Shown: positions 55,183 through 64,000 of the stretch, piece after piece | Layout: every line of letters starts with the position of its first letter | How positions within the stretch are numbered: position 1 is the stretch's first letter | The notes under the pieces: generated by a model | Told to the model about the DNA's origin: nothing | What the model saw: the letters and a program-made list of their open reading frames with translations, nothing else | Database searches by the model: none | Made by a program: the position numbers and the translations under genes | Assembly: GCA_051599415.1 (NCBI GenBank) | Contig: AP039692.1 | Location: 248,001 to 312,000 of the forward strand | Direction of reading: 5' to 3' | DNA length: 64,000 bases | Source: Savitreella phatthalungensis | Taxonomy: Eukaryota

Positions 55183-55557
55183 GCTGGGGCGTATTGCCAC
55201 CTAGTTGCTTTCTGGGATCCGCTTTCGGCAGGAGGAACTCGCATCGATATGACTAACTTTACAGGTTCTTTGACTATAGCGTACCACGACCGACACGTAC
55301 GACATACACATTCTCACACGACAAGCATACGAACGATTCAAGCATCATAGTACTTTCTCATAGCGTTTGGCAGGATTTTATTCCAAATCTTATTTTTGTC
55401 TTCAGCTGATGAGAATCATGTCCGATGATGTGCACGACACGGTGTGAGACGCATGTTCAGGGATTAGGTTAACGTGGAAGATGATTATGTGCGTGCGTAC
55501 GTTTGAGATTCTTTCTCCTTCCTTTGTCAGCTGGCTCGTCTGTCGATTTCCCGAGGT

Positions 55558-58500
55558 CTAGCCTCTGATCCTGACCGCTGCGTCACCAAAGGCTCTCGGT
55601 TTGGTCGATCGATCTAGGTGGTCGATGCCTAGTGCGTCATCGTGCGATCTGACGAGGTCGTAAGGGACGTCGTCGTCGAGGAGGTAGTGTGGCTTGGTGT
55701 AGGAGATTGAGGCTGCTGGCAAGGCGTTGACGACGGCGACTTTGATCCGCTTGACTTCGTCGGCGTTGAATTTCGCCTTCTCCGCAAGCCGCACTTTCAT
55801 GTCGGCAAAGTATTCCCCGGGTTTCAGCCAGAATCTGAAAGGAATTCCGTGAAGGCGAGACATGTCCTTCTGGAAGTGGAGGACATTGACAAGGCGATCC
55901 TCTTCTGATGTCCGCTCGTCAACCTCAGGCCGTACCATCTCGACGTAGAAGTGGGAGAAATCGTGCAGCATGACAACAGGCACGGTCGACTCGAGCTCGC
56001 GGTGGTAGCGATGGTTGTGGACTTCGTACATCCGCAGAGGCGTCGATGTTGACAAGCCTTCAACTTTTGCCCGAACAAGCGATAGCGCGTCGCTCACGAA
56101 ACCAGTCTTGGCCACGAGCAGATCCAGCGGCACCTCCTTCGTCACGCCCTCGGGCAAGAAGCTTACCTTCAGGACCTTTTTCATTTCGAGCTCTTTCAAG
56201 GTCATCTCCAGCACTTCGTACATGAGCGACTCGCTTGGTTGCTCCAGGTATGCCGGTTGGAGAATGCTGGATAGTGTGGTGGTCGGGATCGGCTTCACGT
56301 ACTGCTTCGGCTGCATGTTGACTGAGCTGACGGTCCAGAGACGCAGATGAGAGGCCTCGACACCCAAGTGCTCCGCAATCTTGGCAGCGATCGTATCGTA
56401 TTGCATCTTCTTACTGAGTGTCAGCTGTGTCGGGGGTGCGGCGATCGCATTGCCGTTTGTGCCACCGACTGCCGCCGCGGCTGGGTCAGGAATTGCTGGC
56501 TTCGGCAGAAGCGTGATCGTCACCTTGTTCTGTACAAAGTCGTAGTAATCCTGTGCGGTCGAGAACTTGCCTGCTTGCATCATGGTGAGACGGTCGGTCT
56601 CTGGGATCACCCGCTGTACACAGACAATGTCGCCATCAACAATCTCGGCCTGCTGGAAAGTCTGACGAAGTCGCAGCGGCTCGATCATGCCTGGCTTGAT
56701 TTCCTCAAACAGCTTCAGCTGCGGGCGATCTGGGAAGTGCACGCTCAACTTCTCAACCAGGGCTTCGATCTTGTCCTGTCGGTGCATGTACTCGACGCAG
56801 AGTCCATTCATCGTTTGGCGCTCCACATCGAACAGCTTGACAAAGAGCATGAAATGCGTGTTGTCCGGTGCGCCATCGACGAGTGGAGCCATCTGTAGTT
56901 TCTCCTCGTCGAGAATCTCAAGATACAGCAAGAACTCAGGCCGACGTGGACCAAACTCGTCACGGAGCTCGGCGAGCGTGTGTACGTCGTACTTCGAACC
57001 GATGACGACATCTGGTCGAATAGTTTTGTTCTGACGATTGACCATGACCCAGTGTCGAATTCGTTCGGGCGCAACGTTGTACGTCTTAGCAGCCTGCTCT
57101 TTGAATTCACCATAAGTTAAGGTCTTCAAGACCTTGTGCGACTCAAGTCTCTTTGGGTCGTAGTCAGTCAGATCGAACCCGGTGTGTTCTTGGAAGTCGC
57201 TTTCGCGAATCACACGGATTTGGAGGTAGAGGTGCATCTCTTCCCGCTCTTTGCGCCAGCGCATCTCCTCCGCAAGCTCTCGCTCGATCCGCTCAGAGAC
57301 GTGCTTTGGTATGTCAGCATCTGCAACGTCACCAAGGATCTCGTCCTGCCGTGTCTCTTGCACATAGACCAACATGTACGCATTCATCGAGCGTCGCAGG
57401 GCCGCAAGACGCGCATTTGGCCTCTGTCCTGGGGCTGGGTAGCCACCACCGAAGTTCTCGTCGAGTACCTCCTTGAGCGTGCATGGCGTGACACGATCGT
57501 CGTCGAATTTATACCACTTGCCGTCCTTCTTTGGCTTCAGCAATGCGTAATAATGACCACCGTGAAGATCTCCGGAATGCACAAGCACACCATGAAGTTT
57601 GTAATTGTAGTTCTGGGCAGGATCAACGCTCGTCTCATCGAGGAATTCCTTCAGGTCGATCTCAAGCGGAAATTCGTGTCGGTCATTAATCTTGACCATG
57701 GCATCCCGCTCCATGTCATACTCGAAGCGCTTCAGCTGGAGATGAAGTACTGGTGGGAAGTTCTGGAAGATGACACCCTTCTTGGCGTCTTGCAAGCCAT
57801 AGCCTTCGGCGAAGTACTTGTTGTCGCCGTCGAGTGTTTCCACTTGGACGTAGTCCTTGAAGGATTCACGTAGATCCTTCAGGCCCTTAACGTTCAGCTG
57901 GATATCCCAGAATTCCTCTTCCCGGGCAGATTCATAGTTGACACCGACGCACTTAATATAGCTCTTCATCTTACCGACAAACAACCTGCTGAGCGCATTC
58001 TCGGCTTTCGTCTTCTTCATCTTGCCCTCGAGGTTGTCCTGAAGAACACGATTGAATTCCTGGACGTCATGCTGCATGAATGCATCCAGTGAGTTCCATC
58101 CGAATGATTGAGTCAACTCGAGCGTTGAAGCAGGTTCTTCTGACTTCTCCATCTGGTAGAAGATTCGCTGAAGCGCCAAAGCGATACTGTTCGTTGGATC
58201 GTCGTTCTCCGTTGGGATCTGATATACCGCCTTGCGGAAATAGGTGGTAAAGTACAGGGATTGCAGGAGTGAGTTCATATAACATGTTGCGCCTTGGTTC
58301 TTCAGACCGACCATGCCAGTGACTTTTTTTGAGTCGTAGTTGTTGAAGTTGTGCCAGAGAACGCCAGTGGGATCCTTGACGATCTTGACGTAGCTCGAGA
58401 TCATCAGTTCGCCGTGCTCCAACAGCGGCCGATCATGGCCATCGTGGTTGTAGCCGAGCTTGCGGATGTCATACAAGCGCGAGAAACCCCAGTCCGTTTC

Positions 58501-59031
58501 GTCATTCGTGAATCGATGGGAGGCGACATTGCTCATGTGAACGACTGACTTGTTGCAGTTCCAGAGGGCGATTCCGAACATGGCACAGCATGCCCAGTCG
58601 CGCTGTTGCTCAGGAGGTGTCTCCGGGTCAATGTCTTCAGGTAAACATTCGAGATATGCTGCGGTCGTGTCCGGCGCTGTGTTACCAGAGGGAAATAGTA
58701 GGAGTCGCCACCTGTGGCCGCCTGCTGACCACCAAGGCGAGTGAACTTTGCGGTCGAGTGATGCCCAGTCAGTAATGTGCCAGTCATGATGGCCGGTAGC
58801 AAGTACTTCTAGGTCATTTGGTGCCTGGAGGAGCTTGTCGAGGAAGACCTGGCCGTCTTCTGGTGTGATTGTCTTTTCATCCGTAACACTCATTGAATCG
58901 TTGGAGTTGGGTACGTGGTTGGCGCCATTCGTGCGTGAGTCGACAAGATCATTGTCGCGCGGTGTTGGTGAGGTATCTATCAAGGGCGTGTCGTTGTCAA
59001 GCGACATGAGGTCATGCTCTAACGGATTCAT
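55558..59031 (-). CDS. UBP15: Ubiquitin C-terminal hydrolase USP7/Ubp15 (MATH + USP + UBL domains)
   Basis: MATH DWGF; Cys box GLKNQGATCYMNSLLQ; QHDVQEF; His box HSGDLHGGHYY. Confidence 0.96.
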   Translation of the reverse strand: MNPLEHDLMSLDNDTPLIDTSPTPRDNDLVDSRTNGANHVPNSNDSMSVTDEKTITPEDGQVFLDKLLQAPNDLEVLATGHHDWHITDWASLDRKVHSPWWSAGGHRWRLLLFPSGNTAPDTTAAYLECLPEDIDPETPPEQQRDWACCAMFGIALWNCNKSVVHMSNVASHRFTNDETDWGFSRLYDIRKLGYNHDGHDRPLLEHGELMISSYVKIVKDPTGVLWHNFNNYDSKKVTGMVGLKNQGATCYMNSLLQSLYFTTYFRKAVYQIPTENDDPTNSIALALQRIFYQMEKSEEPASTLELTQSFGWNSLDAFMQHDVQEFNRVLQDNLEGKMKKTKAENALSRLFVGKMKSYIKCVGVNYESAREEEFWDIQLNVKGLKDLRESFKDYVQVETLDGDNKYFAEGYGLQDAKKGVIFQNFPPVLHLQLKRFEYDMERDAMVKINDRHEFPLEIDLKEFLDETSVDPAQNYNYKLHGVLVHSGDLHGGHYYALLKPKKDGKWYKFDDDRVTPCTLKEVLDENFGGGYPAPGQRPNARLAALRRSMNAYMLVYVQETRQDEILGDVADADIPKHVSERIERELAEEMRWRKEREEMHLYLQIRVIRESDFQEHTGFDLTDYDPKRLESHKVLKTLTYGEFKEQAAKTYNVAPERIRHWVMVNRQNKTIRPDVVIGSKYDVHTLAELRDEFGPRRPEFLLYLEILDEEKLQMAPLVDGAPDNTHFMLFVKLFDVERQTMNGLCVEYMHRQDKIEALVEKLSVHFPDRPQLKLFEEIKPGMIEPLRLRQTFQQAEIVDGDIVCVQRVIPETDRLTMMQAGKFSTAQDYYDFVQNKVTITLLPKPAIPDPAAAAVGGTNGNAIAAPPTQLTLSKKMQYDTIAAKIAEHLGVEASHLRLWTVSSVNMQPKQYVKPIPTTTLSSILQPAYLEQPSESLMYEVLEMTLKELEMKKVLKVSFLPEGVTKEVPLDLLVAKTGFVSDALSLVRAKVEGLSTSTPLRMYEVHNHRYHRELESTVPVVMLHDFSHFYVEMVRPEVDERTSEEDRLVNVLHFQKDMSRLHGIPFRFWLKPGEYFADMKVRLAEKAKFNADEVKRIKVAVVNALPAASISYTKPHYLLDDDVPYDLVRSHDDALGIDHLDRSTKPRAFGDAAVRIRG

Positions 59032-61199
59032 GGTAATTAGGCTGAAGCGACCAGTGAAAGAATATAGCCGCCCACGAGGTTGTCAGACACTCAAAGGAAA
59101 GCTCTCTCAAGGCAAGAGCTGATTGCGAATGTGCAAGAACCCGCGCTAAAGGTTTGAGATCAGGCGCTGAGAGAGGGATAGCGGATGAACAGGGAGTGCG
59201 ATGTCAGTCTTTTGTTGGGTTGCCGCTTTCGTCGTTTCAAAGCCTGCCTGGAGAGGGGCTTTCCGGTCGGAATGAGTGCTTCGAAGCGAACAAGACGGTG
59301 CTTTTTCTACTCTCCTTGATTTACTCAGTTCAGCTAGACGTGTTTGACGTGCTGGCTGACGTGAGGAGGCGGATAGTCTGGAAGGTTGTCGGGTTTGAGA
59401 GGTAATGATGAAGATATGTGATGGAGATGAGATGTGATAGGATGCATGAGGTGGAGGTGTAGAGTATTGTGCTACTAGCTATGCATACTTTGTGCGCTGT
59501 ATCATATAAATTTATAGGTGCGGAAAATGATATTCGTCTAATAGATAATAGCTAATGAAGAGATTGATCTATAGATTGGTCTGTAATCATTGTTTAATAG
59601 ATACTATTCTGCACATATGATTGATCTCGTGTGCTGCATTACGTCGTTCGGGCGCATGGGTGTCGGTATTGGTGTGCATACGTGCAGTATCTTGAGACAT
59701 AAGTGCGTGCACATACGGTACATGACAGACATAGACGCGCGTCTGTCAGCGTTGATGCATCATTTGCATTAGGAAGAAAAGAAATATAGGTTGACTTGCA
59801 TCTGGGGATCACTGAAAGTATATCTGCACAGGGCCAGTCATTCCCTGTCCACTGCAAACGTCCAAGAGCAAAGTGAGCAATCGTCATCGCATAAGGTTCA
59901 AGGATTTTCCAAGCTATTCCCTGTCAGAAGTCTGAACTGGGCATCAAATTTGATCATCTTCGCCTTTCAAATTCTGACGAAGTTGATCAAATAAAGAGTA
60001 TCCATAAAGCCTAGATTCGATCGCAGATCCTAGACTAGTAAGTGAAATTGACATCACTTCAGTGAAAATCATTTATTTCGTCGCTCAAGCTTAGTGAACT
60101 TCAGAGCTCATGCATGAGCAGAGCAGACATGCACTTTTCAGCCTGCACTGCACAAGGACTCGTACCCATCACCCAGTCTGTAACAAGGTCAATTTAAACT
60201 TGATTTTTATGCATTCAGCAGGGACTGACGGTTTATAGTTGATGATTTGGAATATCCAAGAAACGTGCATCGAATCTCACACACGGTAATTACTCCATGG
60301 ATGCACAAAGACGCATCACAGTCAGATCCTTCCAACCCGGGTTTCAAATCACGTCTCTTCTGTCTGTACAGGCACCACGGTCAAGCTCTTTACAAGCTTT
60401 TTCAGGGCAGCATCAAAGACTTTCAGTTCCGCTCAAGACAGGGAAGTCCACCTGGAGACAATGTAGCCTGCCCGAGTCTCTCCTGCAGGCGACACTGGCT
60501 CCTTGTGAAATTTCTGATTTTGGACCACGAACACTTTTCCTCTGACTACTTTCTCACATCCGACCATCTCCCTCACTACCTTGATTGAATCCTCCCCCGG
60601 CAGCTTTACCAAAGTCATCGAGCAATACACTGCCTTGGCTGATGACCATGAAAGCTGTGATGACAGAAACATCACTCTCAAGAAGAGCCAAGATTGAGCG
60701 ACGACCAAACGAGGCAGCGCCTGTTTCGGCTCGAAAAGCCAATGGTGATCAAGTATTCCAAACCCAAGGATGACGTTCCTTGGATAGCAAGATACTTTGA
60801 TCACCCGAGGTCATGATTTGAGCCCCCCGCAAAGCCAACACTCCGGACTAGTGATCCCGCCTATCACTTCACAGATGTGCAGATTGCACTTGCCCTTGCA
60901 TTTGCACTTGCTTTGTGAATTCGTCCCTTATTGAAATGACACCTTCTAGAGTCTAGCCTCTCCCCATCAATCGAATGAGTTGGAAACCGCCGTGAAGAGT
61001 ACTGGTAGCTGGTCTACAGGTCTTATGTGATCGAACATTAAACATACATGAAAAGGGGTCTTACAGACAGACGGTGCAGTCTGGTTATGAGTAGTGTAGC
61101 ATCGCTTCTTGATAGGCACTAGCTCAGACGATCACCCCTACACATTCAATGTCAGTGTCCCTTGCCAGCCGACAGATATCAGTCTGCATAGATCATCAC

Positions 61200-61511
61200 T
61201 TACTTGTCTCTTGTGCCCGTAGATCCTCTCGTGACCAGCCTGTATCGATCCTCTGGTCCACGAATGACGCCGCCTGGATCGCTCGGGTGAGCATCCTTCT
61301 GGACTGATGCTGTATCTAATGACCTGTCAGTTTATGTTTGCGATTGAGCATGTTTGTCCTGCATACAGGTGACGCCACCGGTATTGGCTAGCCGCTTCTT
61401 GTGCTCCAGGTCTCGGCGGTTGTTGATGTCCTTCTTCGCAAAGTAGTAAGCAGACCCACCAGCCAACAACAGCGATCCCCAGCCCACCGCCATCGACCAA
61501 GGCGTGTTCAT
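61200..61511 (-). CDS. Small DUF4748-like single-TM protein; exons 61511-61367 and 61315-61200
   Basis: MNTPWSMAVGWGSLLLAGGSAYYFAKKDIN; 51-nt intron GTATGC..CTGAC..TAG (61366-61316) gives an open second exon. Confidence 0.7.
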
Positions 61512-62084
61512 CTCGCGTGTAGGCTGTTCCTTCAAAGTACGACCTGAGACCAGAGCTTCAAGAAGCTTTGATCTTTTCTAAACGGCTGTGCTCCTGTTAG
61601 TAGTATCAAGCATGAATGATTATGATTCCGTTGGAGCTCGCTTGGAGCACTCGACTGAAGGAATGCATTGATCGATTGATCAAGCTCGATCGGAAAAATG
61701 ATCTCATATATATCCATTAGAAACATGATCCAATATTCATTGCAATTGATCAGCTTTGCAAGTAAATTGATCGATCAATTTACATGAAATTAGCAAATGC
61801 TGAATTCCAAATCATGCATATGAACAGTGCAGTATACGTACAGCGTACGCAATAATACTCTCACTGTATACACTCATTGAATCATCTCCATATTTCATAC
61901 ATACATACGTACGTTCCATATCTTTATACGAGGAACTCACACCATGAGCAATAGACCGTGACTCACAGATCCATAGAAGAAGCTGCTGTACAGATCATTT
62001 TTGCTGATAGAAAATCTGCTGGGTGAGAAGGAAAAGGTATCGTTCTTCGAGCCAGCGGTCTCTAAAGACCTGCGCTGAGCACAT

Positions 62085-64000
62085 ATGGTGCTGAAGCGCG
62101 CTCGAGCGCCGGTCGACTTTGGCGAGGATGATGACTTCAGCGATACGCTTGCAGAGCCAGAATTCTTCTCTGATGCCGAGGATAATAATAGCGATGATGG
62201 CGGTCTGATAGGCGGGAGAAAAGCATCCTCAAAGCTGCGCATCGCCAATAATACCGGTGCAAATCTGCCGCGCGATGCAGTCTCTAGCTTCTTCGGCAGG
62301 CACGACTTCTCCAAGCTACTAAATCTGAAGCTAGACCATGCGGCAAGACCACTGTGGATCGATCCGGAAGACGGTCGCATCATCCTCGAGGCATTTTCGC
62401 CACTTGCAGAGCAAGCGCAAGACTTCCTGATCGCTATTGCCGAGCCCACAAGTAGACCGACGCACGTGCACGAGTACAAGCTCACTCCGTCTTCTCTATT
62501 TGCCTCTGTATCTGTCGGTCTAGAACCATCGGATATCATCGCCGTCCTCGATCGGTTGTCGAAGACGCCAGTTCCAGAGGCGATCAAGTCGTTCATTGAG
62601 AATGCAACGATGTCGTATGGTAAAGTCCGGCTGGTCCTCCAGCAGAACAGGTACTTTCTCGAGAGCAATTACGCAGACGTTCTCCAGATGCTTCTGCGGG
62701 ATGAGGTGATTGGACCGCTCAGAGTAATTCCTCAAGATCAGGAGGAAGGTGGTGCAGGCAGCGGCGATCTCATTATCGGCAAAGCTGCAAGGCGCGAGGG
62801 TCTCGTCATTCCAGGCACGTCCGCCGCCAAAAAGGACGCTACATCACTCTCAAAAGGTACAGCTGTCCCCGGGGCGAAAGACGGTAACGCTGACACCGAC
62901 AAGCCCACATCGACGGATGACCTCTTTACTGCCATCGTCGGCATCGACAAGGCCGACGAGGAGGACGAAGATCCTGATGCCGTCCACTCTTTTGAGATCG
63001 CCCCAGAGTCCTACGAGGTTGTGAAGAAGCGATGCCAGGACCTCGAATACCCATGTCTGGAGGAGTACGATTTCCGACGTGACAAGGCGAACCCTGATCT
63101 CGAGATTGATCTAAAACCGTCCACCCAGATCAGACCATACCAGGAGAAATCTCTGAGCAAGATGTTTGGCAACGGGCGCGCGAGATCAGGCATCATCGTG
63201 CTCCCGTGCGGTGCCGGTAAGACGCTTGTCGGTATCACGGCCGCGTGCACGATCAAAAAATCTGTGCTGGTATTGGCGACATCGAGTGTATCGGTGATGC
63301 AGTGGCGACAGCAATTCCTCCAGTGGTCCAACATCAAGGCCGACTCGATCGCCGTCTTCACCAGTGACCACAAGGAGAAGTTCCGTGGAGACGCAGGTAT
63401 CGTGGTCAGCACGTACTCTATGGTCGCCAACACACGCAACAGATCCTACGACTCGCAGAAGATGATGGACTTTCTGCAAGAGCGCGAGTGGGGGTTCCTG
63501 CTCCTGGATGAGGTCCACGTCGTCCCTGCAGCGATGTTCCGTAAAGTGATTATGACTGTGGCGTCACATGCGAAACTGGGCTTGACGGCAACGCTAGTGC
63601 GAGAGGACGACAAGATTGACGACCTCAACTTCTTGATCGGACCGAAGTTGTACGAGGCGAACTGGATGGATCTTGCGCAGAAGGGTCACATCGCAAACGT
63701 GCAGTGCGCCGAGGTGTGGTGTCCGATGACGACAGAGTTCTACCAAGAATACCTGCGCGAGAAGTCGCGGAAGCGGATGCTCCTGTATGTCATGAACCCA
63801 AACAAGTTCCAGGCGTGCCAGTTCCTGATCGACTACCACGAAAAGCGCGGGGACAAGATCATCGTCTTCTCCGACAACGTGTACGCACTCCGGCAGTACG
63901 CGATGAAGCTGAAAAAGTACTATATTTACGGCGGAACGTCCCAGGTCGAGCGGATGCAGATCCTCGAACACTTCCAGTACAACGACAACGTCTCGACCAT
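62085..64000 (+). CDS. SSL2: TFIIH helicase XPB (Ssl2/Rad25/Ptr8), truncated by the window end
   Basis: Manual translation from ATG 62085: [42 protein letters not shown] and [10 protein letters not shown]. Confidence 0.96.
   Translation, partial: MVLKRARAPVDFGEDDDFSDTLAEPEFFSDAEDNNSDDGGLIGGRKASSKLRIANNTGANLPRDAVSSFFGRHDFSKLLNLKLDHAARPLWIDPEDGRIILEAFSPLAEQAQDFLIAIAEPTSRPTHVHEYKLTPSSLFASVSVGLEPSDIIAVLDRLSKTPVPEAIKSFIENATMSYGKVRLVLQQNRYFLESNYADVLQMLLRDEVIGPLRVIPQDQEEGGAGSGDLIIGKAARREGLVIPGTSAAKKDATSLSKGTAVPGAKDGNADTDKPTSTDDLFTAIVGIDKADEEDEDPDAVHSFEIAPESYEVVKKRCQDLEYPCLEEYDFRRDKANPDLEIDLKPSTQIRPYQEKSLSKMFGNGRARSGIIVLPCGAGKTLVGITAACTIKKSVLVLATSSVSVMQWRQQFLQWSNIKADSIAVFTSDHKEKFRGDAGIVVSTYSMVANTRNRSYDSQKMMDFLQEREWGFLLLDEVHVVPAAMFRKVIMTVASHAKLGLTATLVREDDKIDDLNFLIGPKLYEANWMDLAQKGHIANVQCAEVWCPMTTEFYQEYLREKSRKRMLLYVMNPNKFQACQFLIDYHEKRGDKIIVFSDNVYALRQYAMKLKKYYIYGGTSQVERMQILEHFQYNDNVST

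Noticed and set aside
60247..60804. Short ORFs between UBP15 and DUF4748
   Set aside because: No recognisable protein and no clear splice model.

Overview
A compact, intron-poor fungal (ascomycete) chromosomal segment. Short spliceosomal introns with the branch point close to the 3' AG, plus S. pombe-like genes (cdb4, rds1), suggest Taphrinomycotina such as Protomyces or Taphrina; this is inference only. About 27 protein-coding genes are supported, mostly housekeeping: fatty aldehyde dehydrogenase, MRM1, ALG5, a PPR protein, a DUF2439 protein, SPS19, an LRR protein, ORM1, an Rco1-like PHD protein, Cdb4/Ebp1, AKR1, KRE9, MSS4, Rds1, NCE102, a frameshifted Nop13-like RRM protein, an RluA-type pseudouridine synthase, a secreted Kex2-type repeat protein, an FAD monooxygenase, an SDR, BLM10, an alpha-amylase, MIM1, an orphan ORF, UBP15, DUF4748 and a truncated XPB/SSL2. 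The most striking locus is at 50.9-55.3 kb. An orphan 356-aa ORF is preceded by a promoter packed with TCGGCT and CAACGGC motifs and by a ~1.15-kb candidate 5'-UTR intron that folds into a large branched RNA. That RNA has many long stems with G-U pairs on the + strand and a two-fold symmetric four-way junction with compensatory changes. The ORF is followed by a ~630-nt 3' region that folds into a long rod. Two smaller structured intergenic RNA candidates lie at 32.4-32.7 kb and 48.4-48.6 kb. All pairings were found by eye and need folding and covariation tests. No tRNA, rRNA, CRISPR or transposon was recognised.
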